A stretch of 64,000 nucleotides of DNA, taken from NCBI GenBank assembly GCA_022794015.1, contig JAAWDZ010000025.1:1249-65248 (forward strand). The letters are read 5' to 3'. This DNA is from Eubacterium sp. GTDB taxonomy: Bacteria; Bacillota; Clostridia; Lachnospirales; Lachnospiraceae. Each line of letters begins with the position of its first letter. Position 1 is the first letter of the stretch. Shown here piece by piece: positions 47,580 through 58,700 of this stretch. The notes beneath the pieces were generated by a model, which was not told the DNA's origin, did not search any database, and was given only the letters and a program-made list of their open reading frames with translations. Position numbers and translations under genes: made by a program.

Positions 47580-48313
47580 TTGACTATGCAATAATGTATG
47601 TTATTGCACTTGTTAATAATTATAAGAGAATCACATTATTTAAATATATATAAGCGGAAATTTGCCACAGAATGCAGAGGCAAGAAGATTTATAGAAGAT
47701 ATTGGTTTCTATTCTTTTGTCGAAGGATTAAAAGAGTTATATCCTCATAGCAAAGAGAGGTTTCGAATTTTACAAGGCGAAATGCCGGATGGTGAGTTAG
47801 CGGGTGAATTATGCGACTTTGTTTCAGCTCAAACGAAGGAGGGTACAAAGATATCAACTAAAAAGCGTTATCCAATGATTGTAGAATTGATGACAAATAC
47901 ATGTCAGCATGCTTACAGAAGTGAAAATGCTTTAAAGATGAAAAGAAATTGGTATATATTTGCGGAGAGGAAGGAAGATAGAGTACATTTTGTGTTTTTG
48001 GATGCAGGATTGGGAATTCCGACAACTGTTTGTTATACATTGTTAGAAAAAAGTATAAACATTATAAAAAGAAATGATGCGGCGTATATTGCATCAGTGC
48101 TTCGAGGAGAGAACAGAAACAAAACAAAGCAACAGGGGCAAAGGACTGCCGGGAATATATCAAGATACAAAATATGGATGGATAAAAGATCTGTCAATAA
48201 TTTCAGGTAAGGGAAAATGTAATGTGATGGAAGATGGAAAAATAGGGGAACAGATTTTCAGAAAAAATGGGAGTTCAGGAACGAATAGACAAAATTGCCA
48301 GTTATGCAGATAA
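47580..48313 (+). pseudogene. Frameshifted GHKL/HATPase-like ATP-binding protein
   Basis: N-box ELMTNTCQHAY, G1 FLDAGLGIP, and G2 NRGKGLP in a different frame (48074..48313); AT-rich. Confidence 0.7.
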
Positions 48314-48485
48314 ATACGCAAATTTTTTGGGAAATCCTTATGTTTTTTCAATACAGTAGAATTGATGAAACAAAATAAAACAGCCAAATAAGTCATAGAC
48401 CAAAGCAGTAAATTAGATGACAAACCAAAGCTGGAAGAGCCGGAGTCTGCTGACACGGGGACAGCTTAAATAGACGACAGGATGT

Positions 48486-48512
48486 GGGGCTCATGAGAGC
48501 CCCTTAATTTTG
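48486..48512 (+). terminator. Terminator-like hairpin
   Basis: GGGGCTC-ATGA-GAGCCCC-TTAATTTT. Confidence 0.55.
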
Positions 48513-48651
48513 TACCCTATTTCCCCACCCCCATGAAAAGTAACTAAGATGAAAATTTTAGGAAAGATAACTTGCACACAGTTCTTGCAACTAATCCCAA
48601 AAAGAGTTATACTAGGATTTAAGTTTGAAAACCACATCAGGAGGTATTGCA

Positions 48652-49104
48652 ATGATAGAAGCAACAAGCTGTGGTGGTGTGGTAATATTTCGTGGTAAGA
48701 TTCTGGTACTTTACAAAAATTATAAGAATAAATACGAAGGGTGGGTGCTGCCGAAGGGAACGGTAGAGCCGGGTGAAGAATACAAGGAAACAGCCACCCG
48801 TGAAGTGTTGGAAGAAACTGGGGCGAAAGCATCCATTATCAAGTACGTAGGAAAGAGCCAATATTCCTTTACTGTGCCGGAAGATACGGTAGAGAAGGAA
48901 GTGCACTGGTATCTGATGATGGCTGACAGCTATTACAGCAAACCACAGCGGGAAGAATATTTTGCAGATTCCGGTTATTATAAATTTCACGAAGCATATC
49001 ATCTGCTGAAATTTGCGAATGAGAAGCAGATTTTGGAGAAAGCTTATAATGAATATCTGGATCTGAGGAAAAGTAATTTATGGGGAAGCCACAAGTATTT
49101 CTAA
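48652..49104 (+). CDS. NUDIX hydrolase
   Basis: Nudix box GTVEPGEEYKETATREVLEETG; promoter TTGCAA-N17-TATACT at 48585-48613. Confidence 0.93.
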   Translation: MIEATSCGGVVIFRGKILVLYKNYKNKYEGWVLPKGTVEPGEEYKETATREVLEETGAKASIIKYVGKSQYSFTVPEDTVEKEVHWYLMMADSYYSKPQREEYFADSGYYKFHEAYHLLKFANEKQILEKAYNEYLDLRKSNLWGSHKYF

Positions 49105-49132
49105 AGGATGGCAAAAGCGATAAGGAGTTTGC

Positions 49133-49459
49133 ATGGAATGGCATGAGGATTTGTATCTGGGAAGCAGTGTCCGGCACAAACAGAGGAAAGTAAAATGGAA
49201 GATTCTGCATAATGCGGGACAGCTTCGCGTATATGTAATCACTTTAGCTTCCAACAGGGAGAATCTGCTGGATATCATACCATCCTGGGAGCTTATGCAG
49301 AAGTATTATCCAAAACACGGACTTTATATTGTCGGACTGGCCGGATGTTATTATGAAGCGCTGGAGCTGGCCGGGAATATTATAAATGACGTGTACAGGG
49401 CAACCGGAGGATTTGACGTGAGAAGTTATATCCGGCATCAGGGAAAGCAGGAAACATGA
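49133..49459 (+). CDS. Conserved hypothetical protein
   Basis: RBS AAGGAG; 108 aa; ATGA overlap with the next gene. Confidence 0.75.
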   Translation: MEWHEDLYLGSSVRHKQRKVKWKILHNAGQLRVYVITLASNRENLLDIIPSWELMQKYYPKHGLYIVGLAGCYYEALELAGNIINDVYRATGGFDVRSYIRHQGKQET

Positions 49460-50346
49460 GAATTGTTTTGATTATTTTAGCAGTAACAGGCATTTTACTT
49501 CTGATCATTCTGACATTGATGTTATTTTGTCTGTTTTATCCCGTTTCTTACCAAATCAAAGGGGAATCCGAAGATGAACTGGCTTTGTGTGGACGTTTCT
49601 GGTGGCTGTTTGGTCTGCTATGGTTCGAATTTGACGTCAGGGATTTGGCTCCCCAAATGAGATTTGGCATTTTCGGGCTGAAAAGGAGCTTTGGCAAAGA
49701 AGACATGCCGCAAAGGGACGAGGGTGCATTTGCTCCGACAGAAGCATCTTCTCCTGATAAAAAAGCCGGTGAGAAGGCAGAGACAGACAACGTAAAATTG
49801 CCTGCTCTGACAGAAGAGAAAGATATCAGGCCAGATGCAGTTGCTTGGAACAAAGCACAGAGCACAGAAGAGGGCGGTACAGATATAAGAAGCAGAAAGC
49901 GTAAAAAGCGGATTCGCGCTAAGACAGGAGCGAAACCAAAACGCAGGTTTTTTCACAAAAAGCAAATACAGCTGGATACATGGAAAAAGCGATATTTGCG
50001 GTTTCGGGCAGAGCTTTCGGATGAGAAAAACCATATGGCGATAAAGCATTTATGGCAGGAAGCTATGTATATCTTTACGCATTTAAAGCCAAAGTATGCA
50101 AGTGGGACAATCTGTTTTGCGACAGGTGATCCGGCGCTGACAGGACAGGTGACTGGAGTGCTCAGCCTGTTTCCGGTTATGTATCGGTATGATGTATGTG
50201 TTTGTCCGGATTTTGCATCGGACAATCCTTATATCCGGGGAACAGTCGTTTTCGGAGGGAAAATGTCTTTGTACCACGCAGTCCTTTGCCTGATACGTAT
50301 CATAAGAGATGAAAATACCATAAAATTAATTCAAAAATTCAGATAA
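49456..50346 (+). CDS. DUF2953 (YtfI-like) protein
   Basis: N-terminal TM; FATGDPALTG motif; precedes a gerW-like gene. Confidence 0.8.
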   Translation: MRIVLIILAVTGILLLIILTLMLFCLFYPVSYQIKGESEDELALCGRFWWLFGLLWFEFDVRDLAPQMRFGIFGLKRSFGKEDMPQRDEGAFAPTEASSPDKKAGEKAETDNVKLPALTEEKDIRPDAVAWNKAQSTEEGGTDIRSRKRKKRIRAKTGAKPKRRFFHKKQIQLDTWKKRYLRFRAELSDEKNHMAIKHLWQEAMYIFTHLKPKYASGTICFATGDPALTGQVTGVLSLFPVMYRYDVCVCPDFASDNPYIRGTVVFGGKMSLYHAVLCLIRIIRDENTIKLIQKFR

Positions 50347-50360
50347 CAGGAGGTTTTCAA

Positions 50361-50783
50361 ATGGCAGACAATACCTTTCATGCAACAGTAGAATCCTTAT
50401 TTAAGGGGATGGACAGCTTTATTACAACTAAAACCGTCGTAGGGGACGCCGTTCACATCGGCGAAACGATTATACTTCCATTGGTGGACGTTTCGTTTGG
50501 CGTTGGGGCAGGCATATTTACCGGAAAGGACAAAAATAACGGCGGCGGCGGCATGGGCGGCAAAATTATGCCAAGCGCAGTGCTTGTGATTTCAAACGGA
50601 ACAACAAAGCTTGTCAATGTCAAGAACCAGGATGGCATTACTAAGATTTTGGATATGGTGCCGGATTTTGTCAATAAATTTACCGGCAAGGGGGAAAAGA
50701 CCATTGATTCGGAGCCGGAGGCAAAAGAGAAAGCAAAGGAAGAGATGGAACAGATTTTGTCGGATTCGGTGAAGGATAAATGA
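50361..50783 (+). CDS. GerW/YtfJ family sporulation protein
   Basis: KTVVGDAV...IILPLVDVSFGVGAG...GGGGMGG..PSAVLVI. Confidence 0.88.
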   Translation: MADNTFHATVESLFKGMDSFITTKTVVGDAVHIGETIILPLVDVSFGVGAGIFTGKDKNNGGGGMGGKIMPSAVLVISNGTTKLVNVKNQDGITKILDMVPDFVNKFTGKGEKTIDSEPEAKEKAKEEMEQILSDSVKDK

Positions 50784-50875
50784 TTTGATAAACATGAATG
50801 GTAAATTTTACACATGTTTTTCGCAGAGATGCATATACTACAATATATGCATCTTTTTTGCGGGGTTTTATAAAG

Positions 50876-51019
50876 ATGAAAAAATTGATCGGTTACTCTC
50901 TGTTCTGCATTGGAGTAGGTATGCTTCTGATGTGGATTATTCCAAGCGATTTTATCGGTTTTCTGGTTATATGCAGTTGTATGGTACTTGGATATTATCT
51001 GTTTTGCTGCGGATGCTGA
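50876..51019 (+). CDS. 47-aa two-helix membrane peptide
   Basis: MKKLIGYSLFCIGVGMLL...LGYYLFCCGC; hydrophobic; weak RBS. Confidence 0.55.
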   Translation: MKKLIGYSLFCIGVGMLLMWIIPSDFIGFLVICSCMVLGYYLFCCGC

Positions 51020-51067
51020 CAAGGCTGTCCACACACCAGACAATTCCCGCCCATCTGAATTATATAT

Positions 51068-51106
51068 AAAAAAAAGAATCCTGCCCGTCTGTTACGCAGG
51101 ATTCTT
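51068..51106 (-). terminator. Terminator of rpmB
   Basis: AAGAATCCTGC...GCAGGATTCTT with an A8 run that gives a U-tract on the minus strand. Confidence 0.75.
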
Positions 51107-51117
51107 CGGCCATATTC

Positions 51118-51303
51118 CTATACCCGTTCTACTTTTCCACTCCTTAAACAAGAAGTACATACATATAATCTCTTAGAAGCGCCATTAACTTTGCATCTTA
51201 CACGCTTGATGTTCGATTTCCACATTTTATTCGATCTTCTATGAGAATGGCTCACTTTGATACCGAAATGAGCGCCTTTGCCACAAACTGAACACTTTGC
51301 CAT
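51118..51303 (-). CDS. rpmB: 50S ribosomal protein L28
   Basis: MAKCSVCGK...VSHSHRRS...CTSCLRSGKV. Confidence 0.97.
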   Translation of the reverse strand: MAKCSVCGKGAHFGIKVSHSHRRSNKMWKSNIKRVRCKVNGASKRLYVCTSCLRSGKVERV

Positions 51304-51511
51304 CATTGCACCTCCTTGTATTTACTAAGCTTACTCCAATCATTGGTAAACTCATAACAAGACCTATTCTAGCAGATAGCATTTCAGATTGCAAGAAAAT
51401 TTTTATATTTTTACAATATATTTTCGATATGGTTTGATTTTTTAGGAAAATTGGGTATAATGAATATGACAGTGTAATTTTTTGGCTGGTGAATACAATG
51501 GAGGTCAAAAT

Positions 51512-51871
51512 ATGAGAGGAAAAATGCAAACCCCTTTGGGTACAATTATGATCGACAGTGAGGTCATTGCAACCTATGCAGGCTCGGTTGCGGTGGAATG
51601 CTTCGGGATTGTCGGGATGGCTGCGGTAAATATGAAGGACGGACTGGTGCGGCTTTTGAAGAAAGATTACCTGACCCATGGCATTAATGTAGAAGTGAAT
51701 AAGGAAAATAAGATAACGATTGATTTTCATGTCATCGTTTCGTATGGCGTCAGTATCCGTACGGTTTCTGATAACTTAATCGATACGGTTAAATATAAGG
51801 TAGAAGAATTCACCGGGATGCAGATTGAGAAGATCAACATTTACGTGGAAGGCGTTAGAGTCATCGATTAA
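51512..51871 (+). CDS. Asp23/Gls24 family protein (YloU-like)
   Basis: VIATYAGSVAVECFGIVGMA...INIYVEGVRV; conserved rpmB-asp23-DAK2-recG order. Confidence 0.92.
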   Translation: MRGKMQTPLGTIMIDSEVIATYAGSVAVECFGIVGMAAVNMKDGLVRLLKKDYLTHGINVEVNKENKITIDFHVIVSYGVSIRTVSDNLIDTVKYKVEEFTGMQIEKINIYVEGVRVID

Positions 51872-51885
51872 GGAGGAGTTTGAAA

Positions 51886-53595
51886 GTGGAAATCAATTCG
51901 ATAAATGCGGCCGAATTTGCGAGACTGTTTTTGAGCGGAGCAGCAAATTTAGAGGCAAAAAAAGAGTGGATCAACGAGTTAAATGTGTTTCCGGTGCCGG
52001 ACGGCGATACCGGTACGAATATGTGCATGACCATTATGGCTGCGGCAAAAGAAGTAGAAGCGCTTAAGAATCCGGACATGAAAGCTCTGGCCAAAGCCAT
52101 TTCATCCGGTTCCCTGCGTGGGGCGAGGGGAAATTCCGGAGTGATTTTATCTCAGTTGTTCCGCGGGTTTACCAAGGTAATTGCCGAGTATGACGCGGTT
52201 ACGGCAGGCGTGATGGCACGCGCGATGGAGAAGGCCGTAGAAACCGCATACAAGGCCGTTATGAAGCCCAAGGAAGGTACAATCCTTACTGTTGCAAAAG
52301 GAGCAGCTCAAAAAGCGGCAGAACTGGCGGAGACGACAACCGATCTTATTGTGTTTGCAGAAGCCGTAGTAAAAGAGGCCGACCGTGTACTTGCTAAGAC
52401 ACCGGATATGCTGCCGGTATTAAAGCAGGCAGGTGTTGTGGATTCCGGCGGACAGGGACTGGTGGAGGTATTAAGAGGCGCACTGCTTGCCATGCAGGGC
52501 AAGGAAGTCGATTATAAAACCTCATCAGAGCAAAAGCCTGCAGCAGCCACGGCAAAGGTAAGTGCAGGTATTGAAGCACAGGCGAACCAGGAGATCAAAT
52601 TTACTTACTGTACGCAGTTTCTGATTATGTTAGATCAGCCGTTTTCTTCTAAAAAAGAGATTGAGTTTAAGACTTATTTAGAAGAGATGGGAGATTCCAT
52701 TGTAGTTGTTTCGGATGACGAGATCGTAAAGGTACACGTACATACCAACGATCCTGGCCTTGCGATGCAAAAGGGTTTAAGCTATGGCAGCTTAACCACG
52801 ATTATCATTGAAAATATGAAATTAGAGCGCGACGAAAAAATCTCTGCTCTGAAAGAAAAGGAGATGCAGGACGCTTCCTTAGAGCTTTTTACCGAAAAAG
52901 AAGAACCAATGGAGATAGAAGAATCGGAACCGATGAAGGAAATGGGTTTTGTAACGGTTTCCATTGGAGAAGGTTTGAATGAGATTTTTTATGGACTTGG
53001 CGCAGATTATATTATAGAAGGCGGACAGACGATGAATCCGAGTACGGAGGATGTTTTGCAGGCTGTTTCGAAGGTCAATGCCGAAACGGTATTTATTCTT
53101 CCGAATAATAAAAACATTATCCTGGCAGCGAATCAGGCTGCATCTCTTTGTGAGGATAAGAAACTGATTGTCATTCCGACCAGGACGATTCCGCAGGGAA
53201 TTACGGCCTTGGTTAATTATATTCCGGAGCAGTCGCCGGAGGCAAATGAAGCGCATATGAACGAGGAAATTTCTTCTGTTAAGACCGGGCAGGTGACGTA
53301 CGCGATTCGCGATACAGAAATTGACGACAAGGAAATTCACCAGGGCGATTATATGGGAATCGGCGATAAATCCATACTTTCAGTAGGGACAGACCGTAAA
53401 GAGGTTACGCTTGAGATGGTCGATCAGATGATCGGCGAGGAGTCTTCCCTGGTCAGCATTTATTATGGCAAGGATACGTCAAAAGAGGAGGCAGAAGAGC
53501 TTTCGGATCGGATTATGGAAAAGCACCTTAATGTAGAGGTTGAAGTAAATGCAGGCGATCAGCCGATTTACTATTATGTAGTTTCTGTGGAATAG
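51886..53595 (+). CDS. fakA: DAK2 domain protein (fatty acid kinase FakA)
   Basis: LNVFPVPDGDTGTNM, GARGNSGVILSQ, GGQTMNPS. Confidence 0.93.
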   Translation: MEINSINAAEFARLFLSGAANLEAKKEWINELNVFPVPDGDTGTNMCMTIMAAAKEVEALKNPDMKALAKAISSGSLRGARGNSGVILSQLFRGFTKVIAEYDAVTAGVMARAMEKAVETAYKAVMKPKEGTILTVAKGAAQKAAELAETTTDLIVFAEAVVKEADRVLAKTPDMLPVLKQAGVVDSGGQGLVEVLRGALLAMQGKEVDYKTSSEQKPAAATAKVSAGIEAQANQEIKFTYCTQFLIMLDQPFSSKKEIEFKTYLEEMGDSIVVVSDDEIVKVHVHTNDPGLAMQKGLSYGSLTTIIIENMKLERDEKISALKEKEMQDASLELFTEKEEPMEIEESEPMKEMGFVTVSIGEGLNEIFYGLGADYIIEGGQTMNPSTEDVLQAVSKVNAETVFILPNNKNIILAANQAASLCEDKKLIVIPTRTIPQGITALVNYIPEQSPEANEAHMNEEISSVKTGQVTYAIRDTEIDDKEIHQGDYMGIGDKSILSVGTDRKEVTLEMVDQMIGEESSLVSIYYGKDTSKEEAEELSDRIMEKHLNVEVEVNAGDQPIYYYVVSVE

Positions 53596-53603
53596 GTGTA
53601 TTT

Positions 53604-55652
53604 ATGAAATTGGAATCTTCTGTTACAGAGTTAAAAGGAATTGGGGCAAAAACTGAAAAATTAATGAATCGCATAGGAGTATATACCATAAAGGATATAC
53701 TCCTTTATTTTCCCAGGGATTATATTCGGTACAAAGAACCCATAAAGCCAGGGGAAATCTGCCAGGAGGGAATGTATGCGGTCATGGGACAGGTGGCAGG
53801 TACGCCGCTGTTAAAAAAGACAGGCCGTATGGAGCTTGTACAGGCAAAGCTGGCGGATGGTACTGGCTATATCGAATGCGTCTGGTTTCACGCGCCTTAT
53901 ATTCGAAGCCAGTTAAAATCGGGGCAGACGTACATATTTTATGGAAGAGCGCGTACAAAAGGCAGAGGCTTCCAAATGGAACAGCCTCAAATTTATACGC
54001 CTCTTCAATACGAGGAGAAAATGAAAACGCTGCAGCCGGTATATGGAAGGACAGAGGGCTTAAGCAATGCGATGCTTGTAAAGGCCATTCGTCAGGCATT
54101 GGAAAATGTATCGCTTGCCTATGAATTTTTGCCGGAAAAGATCCGAAAAAAAGAAGGGATATGTGAATATAATTTTGCGCTTCGGCAGATTCATTTTCCC
54201 GACACGATGGAAACCCTGACAATGGCCAGAAAACGTCTGGTTTTTGACGAGTTTTTTCTGTTTATACTGAACATACAGCGGCAGAAGGAGAAACGGGCGC
54301 AGATTCCGAATGATTTTCCGATACAGAATGAAACGGTAATTCCATATGTGATTTCCCATCTTTCTTATCAGCTTACCCGGGCGCAGAAGAAGTGCCTGGA
54401 TGAAATCATAGGAGATATGAAAAAGGGAATTGCCATGCAGCGTCTGGTTCAGGGAGATGTGGGTTCCGGAAAGACGATTGTGGCATTTCTTTGTATGGCA
54501 CTGATGGGAGAAAATGGATATCAGTCGGCATTGATGGCTCCGACAGAGGTGTTGGCAAGGCAGCATTATGAAACGTTTGTGGAGATGTGCGAGCGCTATT
54601 CACTGGAACGAAAAGTGATCTTATTGACAGGTTCTCTTACCGCCAGAGAAAAGCGCCGGGCGTATGAAAATATGCAGCTGTATCCGGATGCCATAATTAT
54701 CGGAACACAGGCTCTGATTCAGGAAAAAGCTGTGTTTACAAATCTGGGACTGGTTATCACCGACGAGCAGCACCGGTTTGGCGTGCGCCAGAGAGAAACA
54801 CTGGCAGAAAAGGGGATTCATCCGCATATTCTGGTAATGAGCGCGACACCGATTCCACGGACGCTTGCCATTATTATTTACGGAGATATGGATATTTCGG
54901 TCATTGATGAGGTTCCTGCAAAGCGTCTGCCGAACAAAAACTGTGTGGTCAGTATTTCCTATCGGAATACAGCTTATGAGTTTATCCGTAAGGAGATAAA
55001 GAAGGGGCATCAGGCCTATGTGATTTGTCCTCTGGTTGAAGAGAGTGAAGAGATTGAAGCAGAAAACGTTACAGATTACTCGAAAAAATTAATGGAATAT
55101 TATCAGGGAGAAGTTAAGGTGGGCTGTTTAAACGGAAAGATGAAGCCTGCCGAGAAAAACCGTATTATGGAATCGTTTGCCAATGGGGAGACTGACTTGC
55201 TGGTTTCCACGACGGTTGTAGAAGTCGGGGTCAATGTACCCAATGCAACTGTTATGATGATTGAAAACGCCGAACGTTTCGGCCTGGCGCAGCTTCATCA
55301 GCTTCGGGGCAGAGTCGGAAGGGGAACGGCGCAGTCTTATTGTATTATGGTGGACAATATACAGAGTAAGGCTTCGAAAAAGAGGCTGGATATTTTGAAT
55401 CATTCCAACGACGGATTTTTTATTGCCGGAGAGGATTTGAAGCTGCGCGGGCCGGGGGATTTCTTCGGTATCCGCCAGAGCGGGGATCTGGCGTTTTCGC
55501 TGGCGGATATTTACCAGGACGCAGATGTGTTAAAACGGGCGGCGGATGATGTAAAGGAGCTGCTGGAAGAAGATCCGGAACTGAAAAAAGAAGAAAATCA
55601 GAGATTGTTACTTCGGTTGGAAAAGAGCCATGTGGAGCAGATGAACCTGTAG
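53604..55652 (+). CDS. recG: ATP-dependent DNA helicase RecG
   Basis: QGDVGSGKT, DEQHRFG, SATPIPRT, QLRGRVGR. Confidence 0.97.
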   Translation: MKLESSVTELKGIGAKTEKLMNRIGVYTIKDILLYFPRDYIRYKEPIKPGEICQEGMYAVMGQVAGTPLLKKTGRMELVQAKLADGTGYIECVWFHAPYIRSQLKSGQTYIFYGRARTKGRGFQMEQPQIYTPLQYEEKMKTLQPVYGRTEGLSNAMLVKAIRQALENVSLAYEFLPEKIRKKEGICEYNFALRQIHFPDTMETLTMARKRLVFDEFFLFILNIQRQKEKRAQIPNDFPIQNETVIPYVISHLSYQLTRAQKKCLDEIIGDMKKGIAMQRLVQGDVGSGKTIVAFLCMALMGENGYQSALMAPTEVLARQHYETFVEMCERYSLERKVILLTGSLTAREKRRAYENMQLYPDAIIIGTQALIQEKAVFTNLGLVITDEQHRFGVRQRETLAEKGIHPHILVMSATPIPRTLAIIIYGDMDISVIDEVPAKRLPNKNCVVSISYRNTAYEFIRKEIKKGHQAYVICPLVEESEEIEAENVTDYSKKLMEYYQGEVKVGCLNGKMKPAEKNRIMESFANGETDLLVSTTVVEVGVNVPNATVMMIENAERFGLAQLHQLRGRVGRGTAQSYCIMVDNIQSKASKKRLDILNHSNDGFFIAGEDLKLRGPGDFFGIRQSGDLAFSLADIYQDADVLKRAADDVKELLEEDPELKKEENQRLLLRLEKSHVEQMNL

Positions 55653-55712
55653 TATATGGGAGACTTTGCTATTGATATAGATGGTGTACAGGAAGAAAGG
55701 AGAAGAGAGGAA

Positions 55713-58700
55713 ATGAAAGTATGGAAAAAAGGGCTGGCCTTGGTGCTGGCAGCTGCAATGTGCGCCGGATCCATTCCGGGAAATGTATTTGCCGGGAATA
55801 TTTTGGACACCGCAGAAGCTTTAGATATGCCGACAGAAGATGTGGATGCGGCATCAGGTTCAAAAGTACAGGCGGCAAAAGATGAGGTGCAAGCTCAGGG
55901 AGATCCGGATATGTCGACGAAAGATGAAGGGACGTCTCAGGGAGATCCGGATACGTCGGCGAAAGATGAAGGGACGTCTCAGGGAGATTCGGATACGTCG
56001 GCGAAAGATGAGACGCCCGTTCAGGGAGATCCGGATATGTCGGCAAAAGATAGGGTATCATCTCAGGAAGAGCCGACAGCGGATGAGGCGTCTGTACGGG
56101 AGATGCCAGCGGCATATGAGACAGATACTTTGGATACGGCAGCCGCTTTGCAGCAGCCGCAGGCTTCTGATGCTACGGGCTCACCGATTGAAGAGTCTTT
56201 TATTACGCTTACGGAGGGACAAAAGCTGCATCAGACGACAGATGAAAAGTCATACTATGTATTTGCTCCGGAGGAAAGCGGCTGGTACCATCTTGTGATA
56301 GAGAGCCAGAAAGAAGGCGAATATTTTACGGCAGGAGTATACCAGACGATTTACTACAGCGGAGAAAAACAGGAGAAGAGAACGTACCGGGATTCGGACT
56401 ATAAGGTGATGAATGCAGCAAACAGCGACTATGCCATGTGGCTGAATGCGAATGAAAAATACGTATTCCACTGCAGTATTAGCGGGTATGTGGATTCTTC
56501 GGATTTAGACGTTGCGCTTACCATGAAAAAAGCGCAGATTGCGGGAATTGAAACAGTCACTGCGCCCACACGGCCGTCTGATTTTGCCTTTGTGGGAACA
56601 GGCATGGAGGTAAAGATCAACTATACGGACGGCGATTCCGTAACGAATGGTGTAAAATGTATCATTTCAAATTACAACGGCGGAGGCGGTACCGTTAGCA
56701 ATACGCTGGAATCGCTTAGCTGGAGCGGCATCGCAGTACAAAGAGAAGAGAGCGTCGGCAGCTCGCTTCAAGTTCTGGCGCTGGACGAAATCCGGGAAAA
56801 AACCGATGTTGCAGAGCTTTTGGAGGGAACTCATACCGCAATACTTGGGGTATCGCGCAGCGTATCCGGCGGACAGTCCTCTTATCTGGAATGCACTACC
56901 TCCTTTGAGGTGTCGCACAACCCGATTGAGTCAATTTCGGTGGTGGACTGTACGGATACCTATACGCAGAACATGGGAGAAAGCCTGGGCAATATTACAC
57001 TGAAGGCAGTATATAAGGATGGGAAAACGGAGCAGATTTATTCCGGTATGACCTATATTTACCAGTCTTTGCCCAAAGAGGAAGAGCCTGGGGAAACACC
57101 AGATATGCCAGGAATGGATTATGGGCTGATGGACATTGACTCCTATCTGGCAGGCGGCGGCAGCCTGGGAGAGACGACAGTTACCGTAAGGTTTCAGGGG
57201 CTGGAAACCTCATACCAGATTACAATTCTGGAATACCCCTATGACGGGTTGTCGGTGAAGCCGAGAAAGACCGTTTATTATGTCAATGCCGGCTACAATG
57301 ACACGCAGCATGGGCACAGCTATGCAGGGGAACGGATTACCAAAAACGATCTTCATCAGATAATTCTGTCCCGAAAGGACGGCGGTTCAGACAGCTTTTA
57401 TGCATCAGACAATCAATTTCATTCGCTGCCGTATTCCTGGAAGTTCAGCTATGGTATAGAAGTCGGCGGAAACAGCTATACGGATATTGATGAGTTTATC
57501 AGAGCGGGAGGCGCGCCCGGCCAGCATACGGTAACCGTATCCTACCGGGATTTTAAGACCTCATATACGGTTGATATCCGACAGAACCCTTATATCCGCA
57601 TGGAAATTGCGCAGCTGCCGGAAACGCTGAATTATTCCTACGGCAGCTCAAATCTGTACCTGGATGGCCTTGTGATTCGTGCATACAAGAACGATACGGA
57701 ATACGATACCTATACATACGGGCAGAATGCGCCTGAGGGAGCGGCTATTGCATCCTGGCAGCAGTATTTCCGCTGTTATCCGGTGACGGACAGTTTTTAT
57801 GCAAGACCTGCCGGAGAACACACCGTTTATCTTACATTTTTAAATATGCGGGCGGAATTTCAAGTTTATGTGGAAGCGCCACCAGTCCACCCGGAGTATG
57901 TGGATATGAAGCTTCTGAAAAAACCGGACAGAACCCTTTATTATGTAAAAGAAAATGAGAATCTGAAGGACTGCCTGTCACTGACAGGATTGCAGCTGAC
58001 GCTTACAGATTCTCAGGGAGAAAAGAAGAATTTCAAATACGGCGCCTATAGTGAAGAGGGATTTTCCTCCTGGGAGGAGCTTTCTTCTGATGTTTCTGTG
58101 GACTGGGGCAGGATTGACTGGTCCACTCCAGGGGATTATGTGGTGAGCGTTTACTACAAGGAGCTGTGTGTGGAATTTGAGGTCACGATTGCAGACAGTC
58201 CGGTGGATTCATTTCAGTTTTTGCGGATGCCAAAAACAGATACCTATTATTTTTATGAGAATAAAACCATATCATCGCCAAATTTGTTGTACGGGCTGGC
58301 CTATAAGGTGACATTTGAAGATGGAAGCGTGCAGGCGGCGACATTTCGGAACAATTACGGAGACAATGTATTCCAGGTGAGTTATCAGGGCAGAACCTAT
58401 ACGATGGGCTGTGCCTGGATGCGGAGTACCTCAGGCGGCAGCGCCTCCGCAGGAGAAAATGCGATTCAGTTTACACTGTTTGGAGAAACCTACCAGACCG
58501 ATCCGATTACAATTTTAGAAAATCCTATAGAGTCTTTGCAGGTAATAAAAGCGCCGGAGAACATGATTTATTTTGGGGAAACTTCAAATGCCGACCTGTA
58601 TGGGGCGAAGCTGCGGATTACCTATCGGGGCGGAAGGACAAAGGAGATTGAGGTATCGGAGCACGGCTCATCCGTATTGGTGGAAGAGGATCAGAAATAT

